From: Octopus vulgaris
Lineage: Eukaryota
NCBI GenBank assembly: GCA_951406725.2
Contig: OX597831.1
Location: 16,740,001 to 16,804,000, forward strand
DNA length: 64,000 nt
Direction: 5' to 3'
Under the pieces are notes generated by a model, which was not told where the DNA came from, did no database searches, and saw nothing but the letters and a program-made list of their open reading frames with translations. Positions 27,717 through 42,736 of this stretch are shown here, piece after piece. Within the stretch, counting starts at the first letter, position 1. Each line of letters begins with the position of its first letter. A program made the position numbers and the translations under genes.

Positions 27717-28069
27717 TGACAATATTTATTATAAATGGGGATATCACGAGCATTTCAGTCGAAGAAACGTAAGATCTTATGGGAATGTTCAAGAAGTTAG
27801 AAAAGTTATCTCTTATATATACAAAATAAGAAAATGGAGAAATACACCTTAATCAATAATCAACTACCAGATAAGTTGTATTTCTCCATTTTCTTATTTT
27901 GTACTTTTAATTTGTTGTAAAACAATTTATCTTTGCCCTTATAATGCAATAAATGAATTAATTGCATCGCAATTCTTAACGTTTATGTATTAACATTCTT
28001 GGGTGCTTTACTGGCAGTATATTGGATATATGTTATCCCATGGTGGGTTGCACTCACAAACCTAACTCA

Positions 28070-28123
<54 letters not shown>

Positions 28124-28131
28124 ATTTATAG

Positions 28132-28164
<33 letters not shown>

Positions 28165-28166
<2 letters not shown>

Positions 28167-28295
28167 AAATACCTACTTCAGAAGCAAGGAAAACTGATAC
28201 AAATAGCGGCAAAACACGAACAAAACAAAATTGTTCTCAGTATTTAAAGAACATGACAAATACAAACAAGAAATCATACCACTTAAAAAATGTTA
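28165..28295 (+). mobile_element. R4/Dong family A internal fragment running into (GAA)n
   Basis: Homologous to 20123-20250 (YLLQK.GKLIQIAAKHEQNK). Confidence 0.8.
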
Positions 28296-28664
28296 AGAAG
28301 AAGAAGAAGAAAAAGAAGAAGAAGAAGAAGAAGAAGAAGAAGAAGAAGAAGAAGAAGAAGAAGAAGAAGAAGAAGAAGAAGAAGAAGAAGAAGAAGAAGA
28401 AGAAGAAGAAGAAGAAGAAGAAGAAGAAGAAGAAGAATGTTAATATTTATTATAAATGGGGATAGCAAGCTTGAAACTAATAATACAACCACCGAGTTCG
28501 AAGAGCATTTCAGTCGAATAAACTAAGATCGTGTGTGAATGTTCAAGAAGTTAGAAAAGTTATCTCTTATATATATATATATATATATATACTTATATAT
28601 TTGTGACCAATACATGGGGAAAACTCACATATTACGGCTGCAAATGGAAGTACACATACACATA

Positions 28665-29460
28665 TTCCCTGAATGTTTCTGCTTGACATAGCGGATGTCT
28701 ACTCGTCTCCAACAAACGTATCAATGACAAGCTCCAAACTCGTTGTGAACTCTTTGCCCGAAACTTTATAATCTGCATTCAGCTGAGTTATAGGCCAAAC
28801 ATTTTCAATTTTGTACCCCTTGTACGGGTTTTTCCGTAACAACACCACCACTAAACGGCTCACAGCACTGTGAATTCCCCCCTTGGCTGACAGTTTTAGT
28901 AGACATCGGCCAACAGACTACAGAGTCTCGCATATCAAAATAAAGTTCAAAAGGTTGACCATACTGCTTCAGAGACATCTTTCTTATGTAGGTCGACATC
29001 GCAAACCGTAAATCGTCGACTGGTGCCGGCATTTAGCAGTACTCCGCATCCATAACAGTGAGGAGTTGTATGCCAGTAACATAGGAGGTGAAATCCACCA
29101 TCGTCCAAGAACCACAGAAAGCGCCGTATAATTCAACTAATTGCCAAAGTAATTCCACACAATTCTGCTTGGTCCTCGTTATTATGGGCTCGTCACAGAG
29201 TTTCAAATTCTGAATTGATGTTTTGTTTCCACCTAGAACCTCTGCTATCAATCGGCATTTGGTCCATCCCATTTAAGCACTAGCTTTGACACCGTAACTT
29301 TCGTGATAGTTATAGAAGAATTGGTCAAGAGCCGATCTCACCGTTAGTATGTTAAACGGTATGCCTGTCCTAAGGGCCACATCTGGAATCCTAACTAGTT
29401 CTACCCCCAACCTTCATTTCTCTAATTCTATTTCCTTACTAATACCTACCGCCTGTACTG
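28665..29460 (-). mobile_element. Degraded L1/Tx1-like RT fragment (paralogue of 2450-3230)
   Basis: Direct similarity to copy 1; LNADYK motif on the minus strand near 28765-28785. Confidence 0.65.
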
Positions 29461-30240
29461 TAATAGACTTCCTCGTGTCTATCTATTTACAGGCCTACAA
29501 AATAGTCTATCTAGAGAAGATCGGGAGAATAAGATACATTTTACCCATGTCCACATTGGCGCAGTCATTAAATCTAGTCAGCACCTGGCAGCGAACTGGT
29601 AGTGACCCAGCATGTTTCTGAGGATTTTATTCCCACTTCTCATATCGTATTAACAGTGAATCAGAATAAAAGGAAAGTGCAAGTAACATAGATTATATTA
29701 GTAAGGGAAATGCATAATACAGAAGAATACATAATACATAACTTGAGTCCTATTGGTTGAGCAATAGAAAAATTAAACTAAACTTTTAATTGGGAACATA
29801 TGAGAGGCCAAGTACAATAACAGTAGTACAATATTTTAGATCAAACGGGAGTAATTTTGAAAGGGAATTGAAATTGCATATTCTCAGAAAATATTCTTAA
29901 TCTGTCATACATTCAGTCCTCAAAATGCAGGAAGAGAAATATATTTGTGAAATATTAACACGACGCCCTGGAGATATGAATAAAATGACAGTAGAATTTC
30001 CTCATATTTAAAAAATTCTGGTTCAAATTTTGGTTACGAATTCCTATAATTTTGAATTTCTTTTTGTCGCTTTTCATTTGGAACTCGACAAGGAGTGTCT
30101 ATTGTTCAACCAATAAAACCTCTGATACAGTCGCATCATGACCATCGTATTCTCTACTTCCGTTTTTATGATGAGTTATAACAAATCTTTTAAAATATAT
30201 TGATGATATTGATGGCGATGGAAATAATAATATTAATAAA

Positions 30241-30314
<74 letters not shown>

Positions 30315-30350
30315 TAATAATGATAATAACAATAATAAAAATAATAACAA

Positions 30351-31719
30351 TATTGTTAACTGGTCAATTACTGAAATATGTCAGCTCGACAGAAAAATAA
30401 GGAAATTGTTGACAATGCATAGAATGCACCACCCTCAGGCAGATACAGAACGACTCTATCTGCCAAGAAAAGAGGGAGGCCGTGGTCTTTTGCAACTGGC
30501 AATAACAATGAAGATTGCTACAATTGGCCTAGACACCTACCTGAAAAACTGTGAGGACTGGATGTTAAAACTTGTCTCAAAACATGAAAACAAGAAAGCA
30601 TCATACTCAGTAACAAAACAGGCAAAGGCATATCTAAGTGAATTCCGAATACAACCAATTTCGGAATTAGAGATAGATATACAAGAAACAAGCACAGAGA
30701 AAGCTAGGCGCATGAAAACTCGTGCCAAAACTGCGGCACTAGATATTCTGAATAATAAATGGCAACAAAAACATCTCTATGGCAAATACCCAAAGAGGGA
30801 GAGTGATGCAGATTTTGACAAAGCCCTAAAACATCAATTGCTAATGGCCGCTGGCTTAAAATCTGAAACAGAAGGCATTATCATAGCAGCTCAAGATCAA
30901 TGCCTACCAACATGAAACTACCAGGCCAACATATTAAAGAACGGCAGTAGCCCAACATGTCGTGTATGCCGGCAACAAAATGAAACCATTGACCATGTTG
31001 TCTCCAAATGCAGTCTTCTAGCGCCTACAGAGTACCTCAGTAGGCATGATAGAGCTGCACAATATATTCACTGGGTAATTTGCAAAAACCTGGATTTGCC
31101 CCATGAAAAAATCTGGTGGGAACACAATCCACCTCCTGTGCTTGAAAATGACCACATCTCACTCCTCTGGAACTTCACCATTCAAACTGACAGGAAGAGA
31201 GATGCAAATAGCCCAGACATCATATTGAAAGACTTCAGACAAAGAACATGCCTCCTTATTGATATGACTGTCCCAATCGATATAAACGTATCTGTCAAGA
31301 CCTACCAAAAACTGAGCAAATATAAAGATCTTGAAATAGAAATCAGCAAAATGTGGAAGCTGAAGACTAAAACAATACCTGTTGTCATAGGTGCCCTGGG
31401 AATGATTGCTACCTAACTCAGACACCAGGAAACCCCAAAATGGCAGAAATTCAAAAGATAGTGTTCATGGGAACTGCTCATATCTTACGCAAAATACTCT
31501 CTATGTAATCCCAAGGTTTAAAACAAACTTTTTTGTTTATTTATTTAAGTTTTTTATTTATTTATTTATTTATTTTTATGTATTAGACATTCACTAGTAC
31601 AACACCAAAAAAAAAACAAAACAAATATATGGCACAGAACTTCCAACCCGTTGTCACTTGATGTCTCTGGGTGAGACTTGGAGTCAATTTGTACAGACAT
31701 AAAGCAAAAGTCAAACATA

Positions 31720-31720
<1 letters not shown>
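30351..31720 (+). mobile_element. R4/Dong-like family B, 5'-truncated
   Basis: Highly similar to 14460-15845; lies in (AAT)n; absent at the paralogous short AAT tract 4365-4400. Confidence 0.92.
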
Positions 31721-31813
<93 letters not shown>

Positions 31814-31819
31814 TATAAT

Positions 31820-32488
31820 AAGTGGAGTATAAATTAAGACATGACAGAGTTGGCCAATATGTCCACTGGCTAATAAGTCGGCATTACAATATCAAAACCG
31901 CTGAAAGTGGTATAATCACCACCCTGAGACTGTAACTGAATGAGAAAATGTAACCATTCTGTGGGACTTTCCAGTACATACAGACCGAACCATCGATGCC
32001 AATAAACCGGATATTGTTGTGAAAGACCAAAACAATAAAGTTTGCTTATTGATCGACATGAGCATCCCCTGTGATCATAATATCTCAGCGAAAGAGTTTG
32101 ACAAGCTCAGAAAATATAAAGACCTACTCATTGAAATTGAGAAAATGTGGCATCTCAAGGCGGTTACAATACCAGTGATCGTAGGAGCACTAGGAATGAT
32201 CAAGAAGGGAACCGAAAATTATATGAGAATGATCCCTGGCTTACCATCCCTGCAAAAGTGCAAAAGATTGTCTTAACTGGTACATCACACATGTTGAGAA
32301 GAGCATTGTCGATGTGAGAACTGTTGCTGCTCATTTATTTTAATTTAACTGAAAAAGAAAAAAAAAACGAACGAACTATTGAGTTTGGTTTAATGGCCTA
32401 CCAATGTATACTATGAGTTTCTTTACTCTAGTTGTCGGGAAGACACTCAGCAAGAAATGGAAGCAAATTTGAAAGAAGAAAAAAAAAG
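31820..32488 (+). mobile_element. R4/Dong-like 3' fragment (family C)
   Basis: RHDRVGQYVHWLI..ILWDFPVHTDRTIDANKPDIVV..KYKDLLIEIEKMWHLK..PVIVGALG; AAT-flanked. Confidence 0.85.
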
Positions 32489-32510
32489 TAATAATGATAA
32501 TTATAATAAC

Positions 32511-32593
<83 letters not shown>

Positions 32594-32625
32594 GAACAAC
32601 AACAATAATAATAATAATAATAATG

Positions 32626-32679
<54 letters not shown>

Positions 32680-32704
32680 GTAATAATAATGATAATAATA
32701 ATAA

Positions 32705-33910
32705 GGTTGACTATTTGCGCAGATTGAGTCTGATTGAGAACGGCGCTATCAATACTTAAGCGATTTCACTCCTTATATATAGAGTAGACTTAAACGCATG
32801 GAAACAAGAGGAACTAAAAAGGCGAGAAAGGGAAGAAATTTGTTAACCTGATATGGGAATCTCCACCCGAAATGTGATACACACAGGAGTATTTACCAAG
32901 TAAAAGTGAGGAAGAGTACTTATTGGGAGCGAGTGCAGCATAAAACTCTCAAAGGATGAAAGGCAATGTCGAACCTGGACGAATTTGAAGCTATGTAAAA
33001 ACAAGGCCACAGAGTAGCTATTATTAGAAGGAAGAAGATCAGACTTGTGCAGGATGAATGATTGCAAAGATAAAACATTCTACAAGAAATTGAAAACGAA
33101 TGAAACTGAAAATAGTTCGGTAAAAAAAGAATGCATGAACAATTTCATAGAGATGTTGAAGATATGATAGACAGAGAAAAAAGATGGCTTAGGATGGCTA
33201 TATGTGATTTAACATCGGAAACGGTGGCTCTAATTTATGCTGTGTTCGCACTAATCTGTGCTGCCCAAGAGCAAGCACTAAGAACAAACTACATAAAATA
33301 CAGAATGGACAACACTGCAGAAAGGTATAAGTGCAGAATCTGTAGACAAAACCGGGAAACCGTACGGCATATTACCAGCCAATGTACGCCACTAGCCGAG
33401 AAGAAATATAAGAGACGCCACGACAATGTAGCCAAGCCATTGAATTTGACATTTTGAAACAAGTATGGACTTGACAGAGCAAAAAGTAGATACGACCACA
33501 AACCTAAAGGCAACGTCGAAAGTATAGATGCAAAAATCGTATGGGATTTTATGATTCAATGTGACCATGGGATATAGAATTTTAAGCCGGAAATAGTCTT
33601 AATTGAGAAAGAAAACAATCTATGCTTATTAATACATATAGCATGCCCAGCTGATACCGACGTATTCGATAAGGAAGACATAAATGTCGAGAGATATGAT
33701 AGGTTGGCTTGAGAAGTGAAGCAGTTGTGGTCGAGGTAGCAGTCATATCAATAATTGTTGGTGTCCTAGGAAGAGTGAGCAAAAGTCGCGAGAAATACGT
33801 GGAACGAATAGGGGCTGCAATACGGGTGGAAATTATGCAGAAAACAGCACTGCTTGCAAACGCTCGAATTCTCCGGAAGTTGCCCGAAAAATTAGAGGTG
33901 TTACATTAGT
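32705..33910 (+). mobile_element. R4/Dong-like family D (paralogue of 4400-5610)
   Basis: CRICRQNRETVRHITSQC..RHDN. Confidence 0.8.
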
Positions 33911-33968
33911 TCACTTGAAGCGAACAACTGACACTAATACATTTCAAATGTTTGAAGTCATGCAAAGT

Positions 33969-34025
<57 letters not shown>

Positions 34026-34048
34026 ACATTACTACTACTAACATTACA

Positions 34049-34112
<64 letters not shown>

Positions 34113-34995
34113 TTACTACTACTACTAACATTACTACTTATAATAAATTATTGATGATAGGATTGGCGGTGGAATAAGGATAAGTAAGACCAGGTTTTAG
34201 AAAAGATAAGGAACATAAGAGTTGCTGTCCAAACAAAAGAATATCTTAAGTGAAAAGAAGAACAGCATTACCATTGAGGATGGAACCATTGTTATTCTGA
34301 CATTTTTATGTCAGAATAATACACGATATTTTATGAGGAACACTCAGTCATTTAAATATATGTTAGAAATTATGGAAATTACATATATTAGTTTACAACG
34401 TAGTAAAAAATTGCTCCTTTAATGAGTTACTGAACATCTGTTGTCTCGGGTCCTTTTTTTCTTTTTGAAATATAAATGTTGCACTGATCATTAAACAAGT
34501 GCGTGGGGTTGTATGATTCCGTACAAAGTAAGTAGAAACATTTTGGAGACGTCTCGTTTTTCCATCTCTAATTTCACTTTTGTTCTTGTATGTAAAATAA
34601 GGTATTTCTCTCATTCTTCGAAGTGTCCCACCAACGAGGATATCGATGTTAGATGTGTCAAAATGAGTGTCGTGCATAATAATTCAAATTCCCGTATATT
34701 CCACATTCTGTATTACAATATATATATATATGTGTGTGTGTCTGTGTGTGATAGAGAAAATCTGTATCTCTAAGCTGACACCACATATTTTGTCCGTGCA
34801 CTTTTTCTAATGTATAAGGCTCCTCAGAGAGATGTACCACCTCATTGATACGCATCATCATCAACATATCTTTCCTTTGTTGTTTAGACCATAATCATAG
34901 TGTGAACCATCTGGAATATTTCAATTACGTAGCTTTGCATTACGTCATTAAAGTTAAATGTTACCAATATAAATAATTTTGTATATTTGTGAGTG

Positions 34996-35045
<50 letters not shown>

Positions 35046-36574
35046 GAGAGAGAGAGAGACATTTATTGATAGATAAATAGATTGTTTGACATATATATAT
35101 GCTTATATATTAATTAATATACATACATATATGTATGTATAAATATTTATTTACCAGTGTAAATATCTATCGATCTATGTGCCTCTCCCTCTCTCTCTCA
35201 CTCTCAATATATATATATATAAATATATATATACACACATACATAAGTATGTAGATATGTGTACACATAAATACATATATAATATATATATTCATGTACG
35301 TGTATATATATGTATTTATTTATTTACTTTTTACCTATATATACACATAAACACACAATCGCAGACACAAACTCACAATTTTATATAAATATATATATTT
35401 ATACACAAATATATATACAATTATATATATATGCATATATACAATGCCTTCGACATCGTAACAGTTACGTATACAATTTCAACAGACAAAACTGTCATTC
35501 TTTAAACATACGTTTACATGTACATACACAGGTACACACGCGCAGACACGTCTACATACATTGAACTTAAAAACATGCATACATGCATACATACATATAT
35601 ACATGCATACATGCATACATATATGTACACATACGTACATACATGCATGCATACATTCATACTTACATACATACATATGTGTATACATACCTACATAAAT
35701 GATGGCTGCCCCTCTTTCGAGTATGGCCATTGCACGAAGCTTAACATTTATTGGTACATTGATTGAATGTGACTTTTTTGCCCAGCTAAAATATCTATAA
35801 TGTCTTGTACAGAATTGGGAACTAAAACCTTTACCGGTAATAGCCGTCTGTAGTTGTAGCTGGTCTTCATGTACCTTTGCTTGTTGTTTAAGTCCTCCTG
35901 CCGAATTACACTCTCTTCAACATGCCCGACAGATATGATTCGTATGGTGTGTTACACCACCACTAGTGGCCTTGTTGTCAATCATCTGTCTCGCTTTATG
36001 ACTACGAAGATGACTCTTGAGTCCAGCTTTACTGAGGCAGGGTCTTCCTCAAACACTGCATGTCAGCATCATAGGAAAACCCTTCCCATCTGGAATTGTA
36101 ACAGCGATGCCCTTCCTGATATCTCTGCTTACTTTCTCATGTGCAACTCGAGATTTCTCAAAAGTGGCTGTCCCCTCGTGCACAATCCTTTTCCACCTGC
36201 TATACATGCATACATACATTTGCGTAAAAACATGTATACACACGTACAAAAGTTCTCACGTGCATCGGTAAATGCACACATACATGAGTAGCTGCATGCA
36301 TTCATATATACGTACGTATGTAAGTACCTATATAAGCACATATATATCATGAACTAACTCTTATTTTCTCAGATGCAGTACGAAGATTTTTCAGTGTAAA
36401 TGTTGTGCATTGAAAATGTTTTGACACAAAATTTCAGCTTTGAAGTGAAACTAACGTTTTTTTGTGAGTTCTTAAATGTCTTACAACAATCTTCCACGTT
36501 GCAATTGTTTTTTGGGGGGCATACGATCTTAGATCAAGTCACTTCCTATGCAAATACATCTTTCCATATTTATA

Positions 36575-39500
36575 TATCACCTTGATCACTTTTACCGACC
36601 AGTCCGTCAGGCGTCCATTTGACACCACTGGTCGCAGCACGCTGTCCACTCCTCTATCGATCACGCTTTTCTCATTAACGTGATCCAAATCGTCCTCCTG
36701 AAATCGTAACTCCATCGCAGTGGAGGTCTTCCGCGTGGTTTTTACCGCTCGCGCGGGTACCACTCGTAAACTGCGTGGTCCCACCGATTATCGGTGAGCC
36801 GGGCGACGTGTCCAGCAAATCTATATTTGCTGCGTGTATACTCTGCGATGGGTCTGCAAAAGTTCAACCCCTCCTCCACTTGGTGCAGATTGGGCAACGC
36901 GAGCACAGCAAGCCAGCTGTGCTAGCGGCAAACGGGGTTCTGACAGACATCAAGTCCTTAACCGTGGAACAGGCGGATGAAGTTGCCTTATCAACTTAAC
37001 GGCTGTAAAGACGGACGAAGGCTGCAGCAGACCATCGACTCCAATCGTCTCGGTTTACCTTTCCATTCGGTCAAGTTGGTGGTCTGTCAAGTTTACGTGT
37101 GCTTTACTAGGCATGCGACCTCAAGCACACGTTAAACAATTTCACGCACATGCGTCTTCGCAACCACTCTTCTTATTCTTTCCAAGTCTTTCGGCGAATG
37201 CGTTGGATGACGGGAGCAGGATCGTGAAAGCTAGAGGCTCCTAGTGCAGAACCGACACGGATGGGTGGTTACATGATTCAGTCGCTCTATCTTTTGGAAG
37301 AAGCAGGGAAGATGTTCGGCAGCAGTATCCACGACTGAGCAGCCCTGTTTAGGATCCACTTTGCTCACCCTGAATTGGGAAGGGGCTTAAAAAATACGCC
37401 CCAAACAAAGTCTGCTTCACCCCAATTCTGTCTGGAAAACCGCGTCCAGAGGAATCGCCATCATGCGGTCGAAAGTCAAGATCAAGATCCGCAACGCTGA
37501 AATTCGGGACCTGGAATGTCAGGACTCTCATAGATAATACCAACTCAGACAAACCCGATAGGCGAACTGCAATCATCGCCAGGGAACTCCATCGATTCAA
37601 TTTTGACATCGTAGCTCTCAGCGAAACCCAGAGAGCCGGAGAAGGCCGGGTGAGAGAAGAAGGCGATCAATACACCTTTTTCTGGAAAGGTTACGATCCC
37701 GACCATCAACGGATCCATGGTGTGGGTTTTGCAATACGAAACACCATCCTATCCAAACTGACAGAGCAGCCCATCGGAATGTCCGCACGACTCATGACCC
37801 TCCGAATCCAGCTTGTCAAAAGTCAGCACGAAACTATCATCAGCGCGTATGCTCCCACCCTTTACGCGGATGGTTTAGTCAAGGAAGAGTTTTACTGCCA
37901 GATTGATATCATTCTCTCTACCCTCCCAAAGGATTACAAGATCATTCTCCTGGGAGATTTCAACGCCAGAGTTGGGAGAGATCGTGAAATCTTGACAGGA
38001 ACCATCGGAAAGGAAGGAGTGCGAAAAGTCAATGCCAATGGAACTCTGCTACTCACCAAATGTGCTGAACGTATCTTGGTGATAACCAACACCCTTTTTC
38101 GCCAGAAGAATCGATATAAGGTCTCATGGCAGCATCCAAGATCTAAACATTGGCATCTCATTGACTATATCATCGTGAGATCCCGAGACCAGCAAGATGT
38201 GTTGCTCACCAGAGCCGCCACTGGAGCAGATGAGTGCTGGGCAGATCATCGCCTCATTGCCTCCACCACGAAAATCAAACTCCGACCAAAAGTCAAATAT
38301 CACAGCAAGGAAAGCAGAGTAAAGAAATTCAACATCGAAGCACTGCAAGACCCAAAAGCTCGTGTCGCTTTCCAGCAGCGCCTACAGTTCAATCTTCAAA
38401 ATAAGACTCCAAATCACCTCGTCGAAGAAAATTGGAGCCATCTGAAAGAAACCATCATCACCGCTTGCGAAGAAACCATCGGTCGCAAGAAAAGGAAACA
38501 CCCGGACTGGTTTGACGACAATGATGAAGCTCTCAAAGAACTGATCGACCAAAAACGGAAAGCTTTCATCAGCTCACAGCATGATCCAAAGTCTGCCACT
38601 AAACGAGAGTCTTTCAAAAAGTGCAAAGCCGCAGTTCAAAAGACAACCCGTTCCCTGAAGAACCAGTGGTGGGGACACAAATCTCGTGAAATCCAGCAGC
38701 TAGCAGATGTAAACGACACCAGAGTGTTCTTCAAAGCCACGAAAGAGATATACGGACCTTCCACACGTGGACAGGCTCCTCTGAAGAGTAAAGAGGGAGC
38801 GAACATCCTGATACGCAACACCGAAATAGGAGACAGATGGAGAGAACACTTCGATGACCTCCTCAGTCAAAAGGCTACAATCGACAAAAGCATACATGAC
38901 ATGATTCCTAAAGAGGCCAAAGATAACTCTCAAGCTCGAATTCCATCCCTCGAAGAGGTCAAAATTGCTATCACAGCGATGAAGAACAACAAAGCCGCGG
39001 GTCCTGAGGGAATCCCAGCTGAGATCTACACACTGGGAGGTGATTTTGTGCAACACCAGCTCCACCAAATCTTGGTCAAAATCTGGACAAATGAAGTTGT
39101 ACCATCCGACTTCAGGGATGCTAACATCATTACCATTTACAAACGAAAGGGCGATCGTTCTAAGTGTGGAAATTACCGGGGTATTTTCTTATTAGCAACT
39201 GCTGGGAAGATTTTTGCACGCATCCTGAACAACCGCCTCAAAACGCTGTTAGAGAGGATCCTTCTTGAGACGCAGACCGGCTTTAGGCCATAACGAAGCA
39301 CAACCGACATGATCTTCACGCTGCGACAGCTACAAGAAAAATGTTGTGAGCAACACCAACCGCTCTATTTGGCCTTTATCGAGCTATCCAAAGCCTTTGA
39401 TCGTGTCTCGCGATAACTCCTCTGGGATATTCTCGTCCAGTATTGATGCCCAGATAAGTTCATCCCGATCCTCAAACTCCTCCACGACAATATGCACGCC

Positions 39501-40740
39501 AGAGTCCAGACCGGCGGAGGCAGTTCTGAGCCCTTTAAACTCACCTCCGGAGTGAAGCAAGGCTGCGTGATAGCCCCAACTCTCTTTACCATCTTTATCG
39601 CGACAGTGTTGTACATCATACGTGATGACCTTCCACCTGGCATCGAGATCTCGTACAGAATAAACGGCAAGCTTTTCAACCTCGCTCGCCTCAAAAGTAC
39701 GTCAACGACAATGGCGCTAAGCTTGCTAGAGTCCCTATATGCCGACGACAACAGTGTAGCAGCTTACAGAAAGGCTCACCTCCAACTGATCCTAAATGCT
39801 TTTCATCATGCATATACTAACGTTAGACTGAGCATCAACATCAAGAAGACGCACTTACTCTACCAACCTCCTCCCAATGTCCGTGTTGACAACCCGCCAT
39901 CGATTCAACTCGAAGGAATTCCACTGGAAAATGTGAACCATTTCTGTTACCTTGGGAGCAATCTGTCAGCAAAGGTAGACCTCAGCGATGAAATCCAACA
40001 CCGTCTGAAGTGTGCAGGAACAGCTTTCGACAAGCTTCGAACAAGAGTTTTTGCTGATCGGGACATCCGAACAGAAAACAAACGCATAGTGTACAGGGCA
40101 GTCATTATTCCAACTCTCCTTTACGCATCCGAAACCTGGACCCCGTATAGTCACCACCTTAAAACGCTCGAGAAATTTCATCAACGCTGTATTCGGAAGA
40201 TCCTTAACATCAGCTGGGAAGACAGAAGAACAAACGTCAGCGTGCTACAAGAAGCAAAAATGACCAGCATCGAAGCCTATGTCATCAAAGGCCAACTAAG
40301 ATGGAGCGGCCACGTGGTTAGAATATCTAAGGAACGACTTCCCAAACAGATCTACTCCCAACTCAAAGACGGCAAGCGTACAAAAGGAGGCCAGAAGAAA
40401 CGCTACAAGGACTCCCTGAAATCGAACCTCAAAAAGTGTGACATTAACTTCACCAACTGGGAGGAAACGGCAAAAAACAGACTACTCTGCAAAACCACCA
40501 TCTATGAAGGAAAAGCGACTTTCGAGTCGAAAAGGTCTGCAGAGCTGGAGGAGAAAATACGACGACGGAAGGAGCGCCAACAACAAACACGTGCGACTAT
40601 CCCTTCCGGTACAAGATGTCCGCACTGCGACTGATCTTTTCAAGCAAGAATTGGTATTATCGGTCACCTACGGACTCACCAGTAAATTTGCGCGAAGACC
40701 ATCATCCTCGACCTTGTGGGATTGCCATTATCATCATCAC
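36575..40740 (+). mobile_element. Full-length RTE (BovB-like) LINE: long 5'UTR, single APE+RT ORF with few disablements
   Basis: FGTWNVRTL, ALSET, ISAYAPT, LGDFNARVG, WHLIDYI, DHRL (APE); KAAGPEGIP, NYRGI, QTGFRP, KAFD, GVKQGCVIAPTLF, YADD, YLGS, LRWSGHV (RT); CAT-like tail at ~40727-40740. Absent in copy 1. Confidence 0.95.
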
Positions 40741-41500
40741 TCTACGATGACATCTCTCACGGCGGATTTCTTTCTGATGATCCGGCTACTGATGTGCTCT
40801 CTCAACCAGATACAAAGCATTGAGCTTTCCATGGCTCTTTGAGACGTTACCAGTCATTGCTCTTCTCTCTTTGTTGTAGCCCATGTTTCACAGCCATATA
40901 ACATTGCAGGTAAAACTGTACTGTTGATGAGGTTGGTACGGGTGGTCCTGTCCAGCCTTCCCTTGAACACATCCCTTATGCCATTAAACGCCATCCTTCC
41001 GGCCCTTACTCTACGTGAGATCTTCTTTTCGATATCTCAGCACATATTCACTTCTTGTCCCAGGTAGACATATTATTTTACATCCTCTATTTCATCACTA
41101 CCGATCAAAATTCGCTCTGTTGGTACGTTGTCTGACCGCATGAACTTTGTTTTCGTGCGGTTCATCTTGAGACCTACTGCAAAGCTTTTGATGCCGAGCT
41201 CCGTAAGCATGGTCTGAAGCTGATTCGTGTTTTCAGCGATGAGTACGATGTCGTCAGCGAAACGGAGATGGGTGAGGAGCTCGCCATTGATGTTGACACC
41301 GCCTTGCCAGTCGATGCCTCTGATGATCTGCTCGAGACATGCGGTGAAAAGTTTGGGGAGATTGTATCTCCTTGCTTCACTCATTTCTCGAACGGCACTC
41401 GTATGGGTGATGACAGTAGAGCTATGTCGGTGGTGCATCGAGAATTCGCTTCCCTGAGCAGCTGAGCATATTGCTCTTCCACTCCTTGCCTCCGCAATGC
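40741..41500 (-). mobile_element. RTE-1-like RT fragment, a different family
   Basis: KQGDTISP, LTHLRFADDIVLIA, GLKMNRTKTKFM, YVYLGQ, LPAMLYGCETW on the minus strand. Confidence 0.85.
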
Positions 41501-42736
41501 AGAGGCATATATATTGGGAGAGTGTACGAAAAATAAACAAAAGACGAAGACAGGTGCACGGGTATCGTTATAAATATAGGTGAAATCTACTCAATAGTCG
41601 CTGCAGCACAATCCTAATGCGTTGACAAAGGAGTCAATTTCCTCTCATGTCCGCAGGTATTGCCAGATTATCGATTGTTTCGCAATGTGATGCTTAAAGG
41701 ATCTTAACGCTCCTCAGTGGTTCTCAGCGATACAAGGTTTAAAAGCATCCGTCTTGTGAGCTTACAAGCTTTCAGCTGAATTCATGCTCTGATTTCATAA
41801 ACGTTGGAAGTTAGACGTATGAATAATATTGGAGGCAAATTCAGAAATTTACTACCTTTGCTCTGCAATATATGCGACACTAAACTGAACGAAGTGTACT
41901 TATGAGAACAAGCCTTGCTAGAAATAAGTGTCAAATTAAATGAATAGTCGCAGAACCAGTTTCTTAATGGGATGACAAGGGAGACAAGACCCACCTTTAG
42001 TCGTAGATACAGATAATAGATAGTTTAGCATTGTGATGCTTAACACATCATAAAGTACATTGCTGGATCACATACGCCTTGGTTTCAAACTATCTCGCCT
42101 TGTCAGCCGTTAAGTTTTCCACTGGCATCATTCACTTATTTTATAAATGGCAAATATGGAAATTATAAATAATTTGGGAGGCTACATCGCAATTAGCAGA
42201 AATGTATACGCTACTAATGCAATAATCACCACCAGTATTGCTAGAAATGATAGTAAAAACTAATGAATAGCCACAGTGTCATAATCTTATTAAAGATCGC
42301 ATATACGGCCAGAGATTCGACGATTTCGTATGTTGATGCTTGACGCAGCTTATCGCTCATCGGTGATTTTGTAACCAACTGGGCTTTTCATCTTAAAAGA
42401 TTTAACTTGAAAATATACGTGGATTTTATATAGGATAAAAATCAAAATTATAGAGAATATAGGTGGTTTCTTAGTTGTTTCCTAGGTGAAGAAAGAAATA
42501 AGTACGTATCCAAACATACCTTACGCTATCATATATACATAGAGACATCAATGCATTGAAATATTTTCGAAAGTTGAACTTTATACGTCTTGTACTTGAA
42601 CTAATTTTAATGGATACTTACTTTTAATATTTTTACTTTTGGAATTTAAAGTACGTTGCATATATTACAATATACTAAAAGTTATATACTTTAGTTAGTG
42701 TACTAAACAATGTAAGTATACTATCCATATAGTATA

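Noticed and set aside
37650-40634. Longest ORFs (547 and 380 aa) as a host gene
   Set aside because: Pieces of a disrupted RTE APE-RT ORF.
41655-41725. Further hammerhead-like motifs (also near 8010-8040, 27070, 42075, 55225)
   Set aside because: Core or stems are mutated; treated as decayed Penelope LTR remnants.
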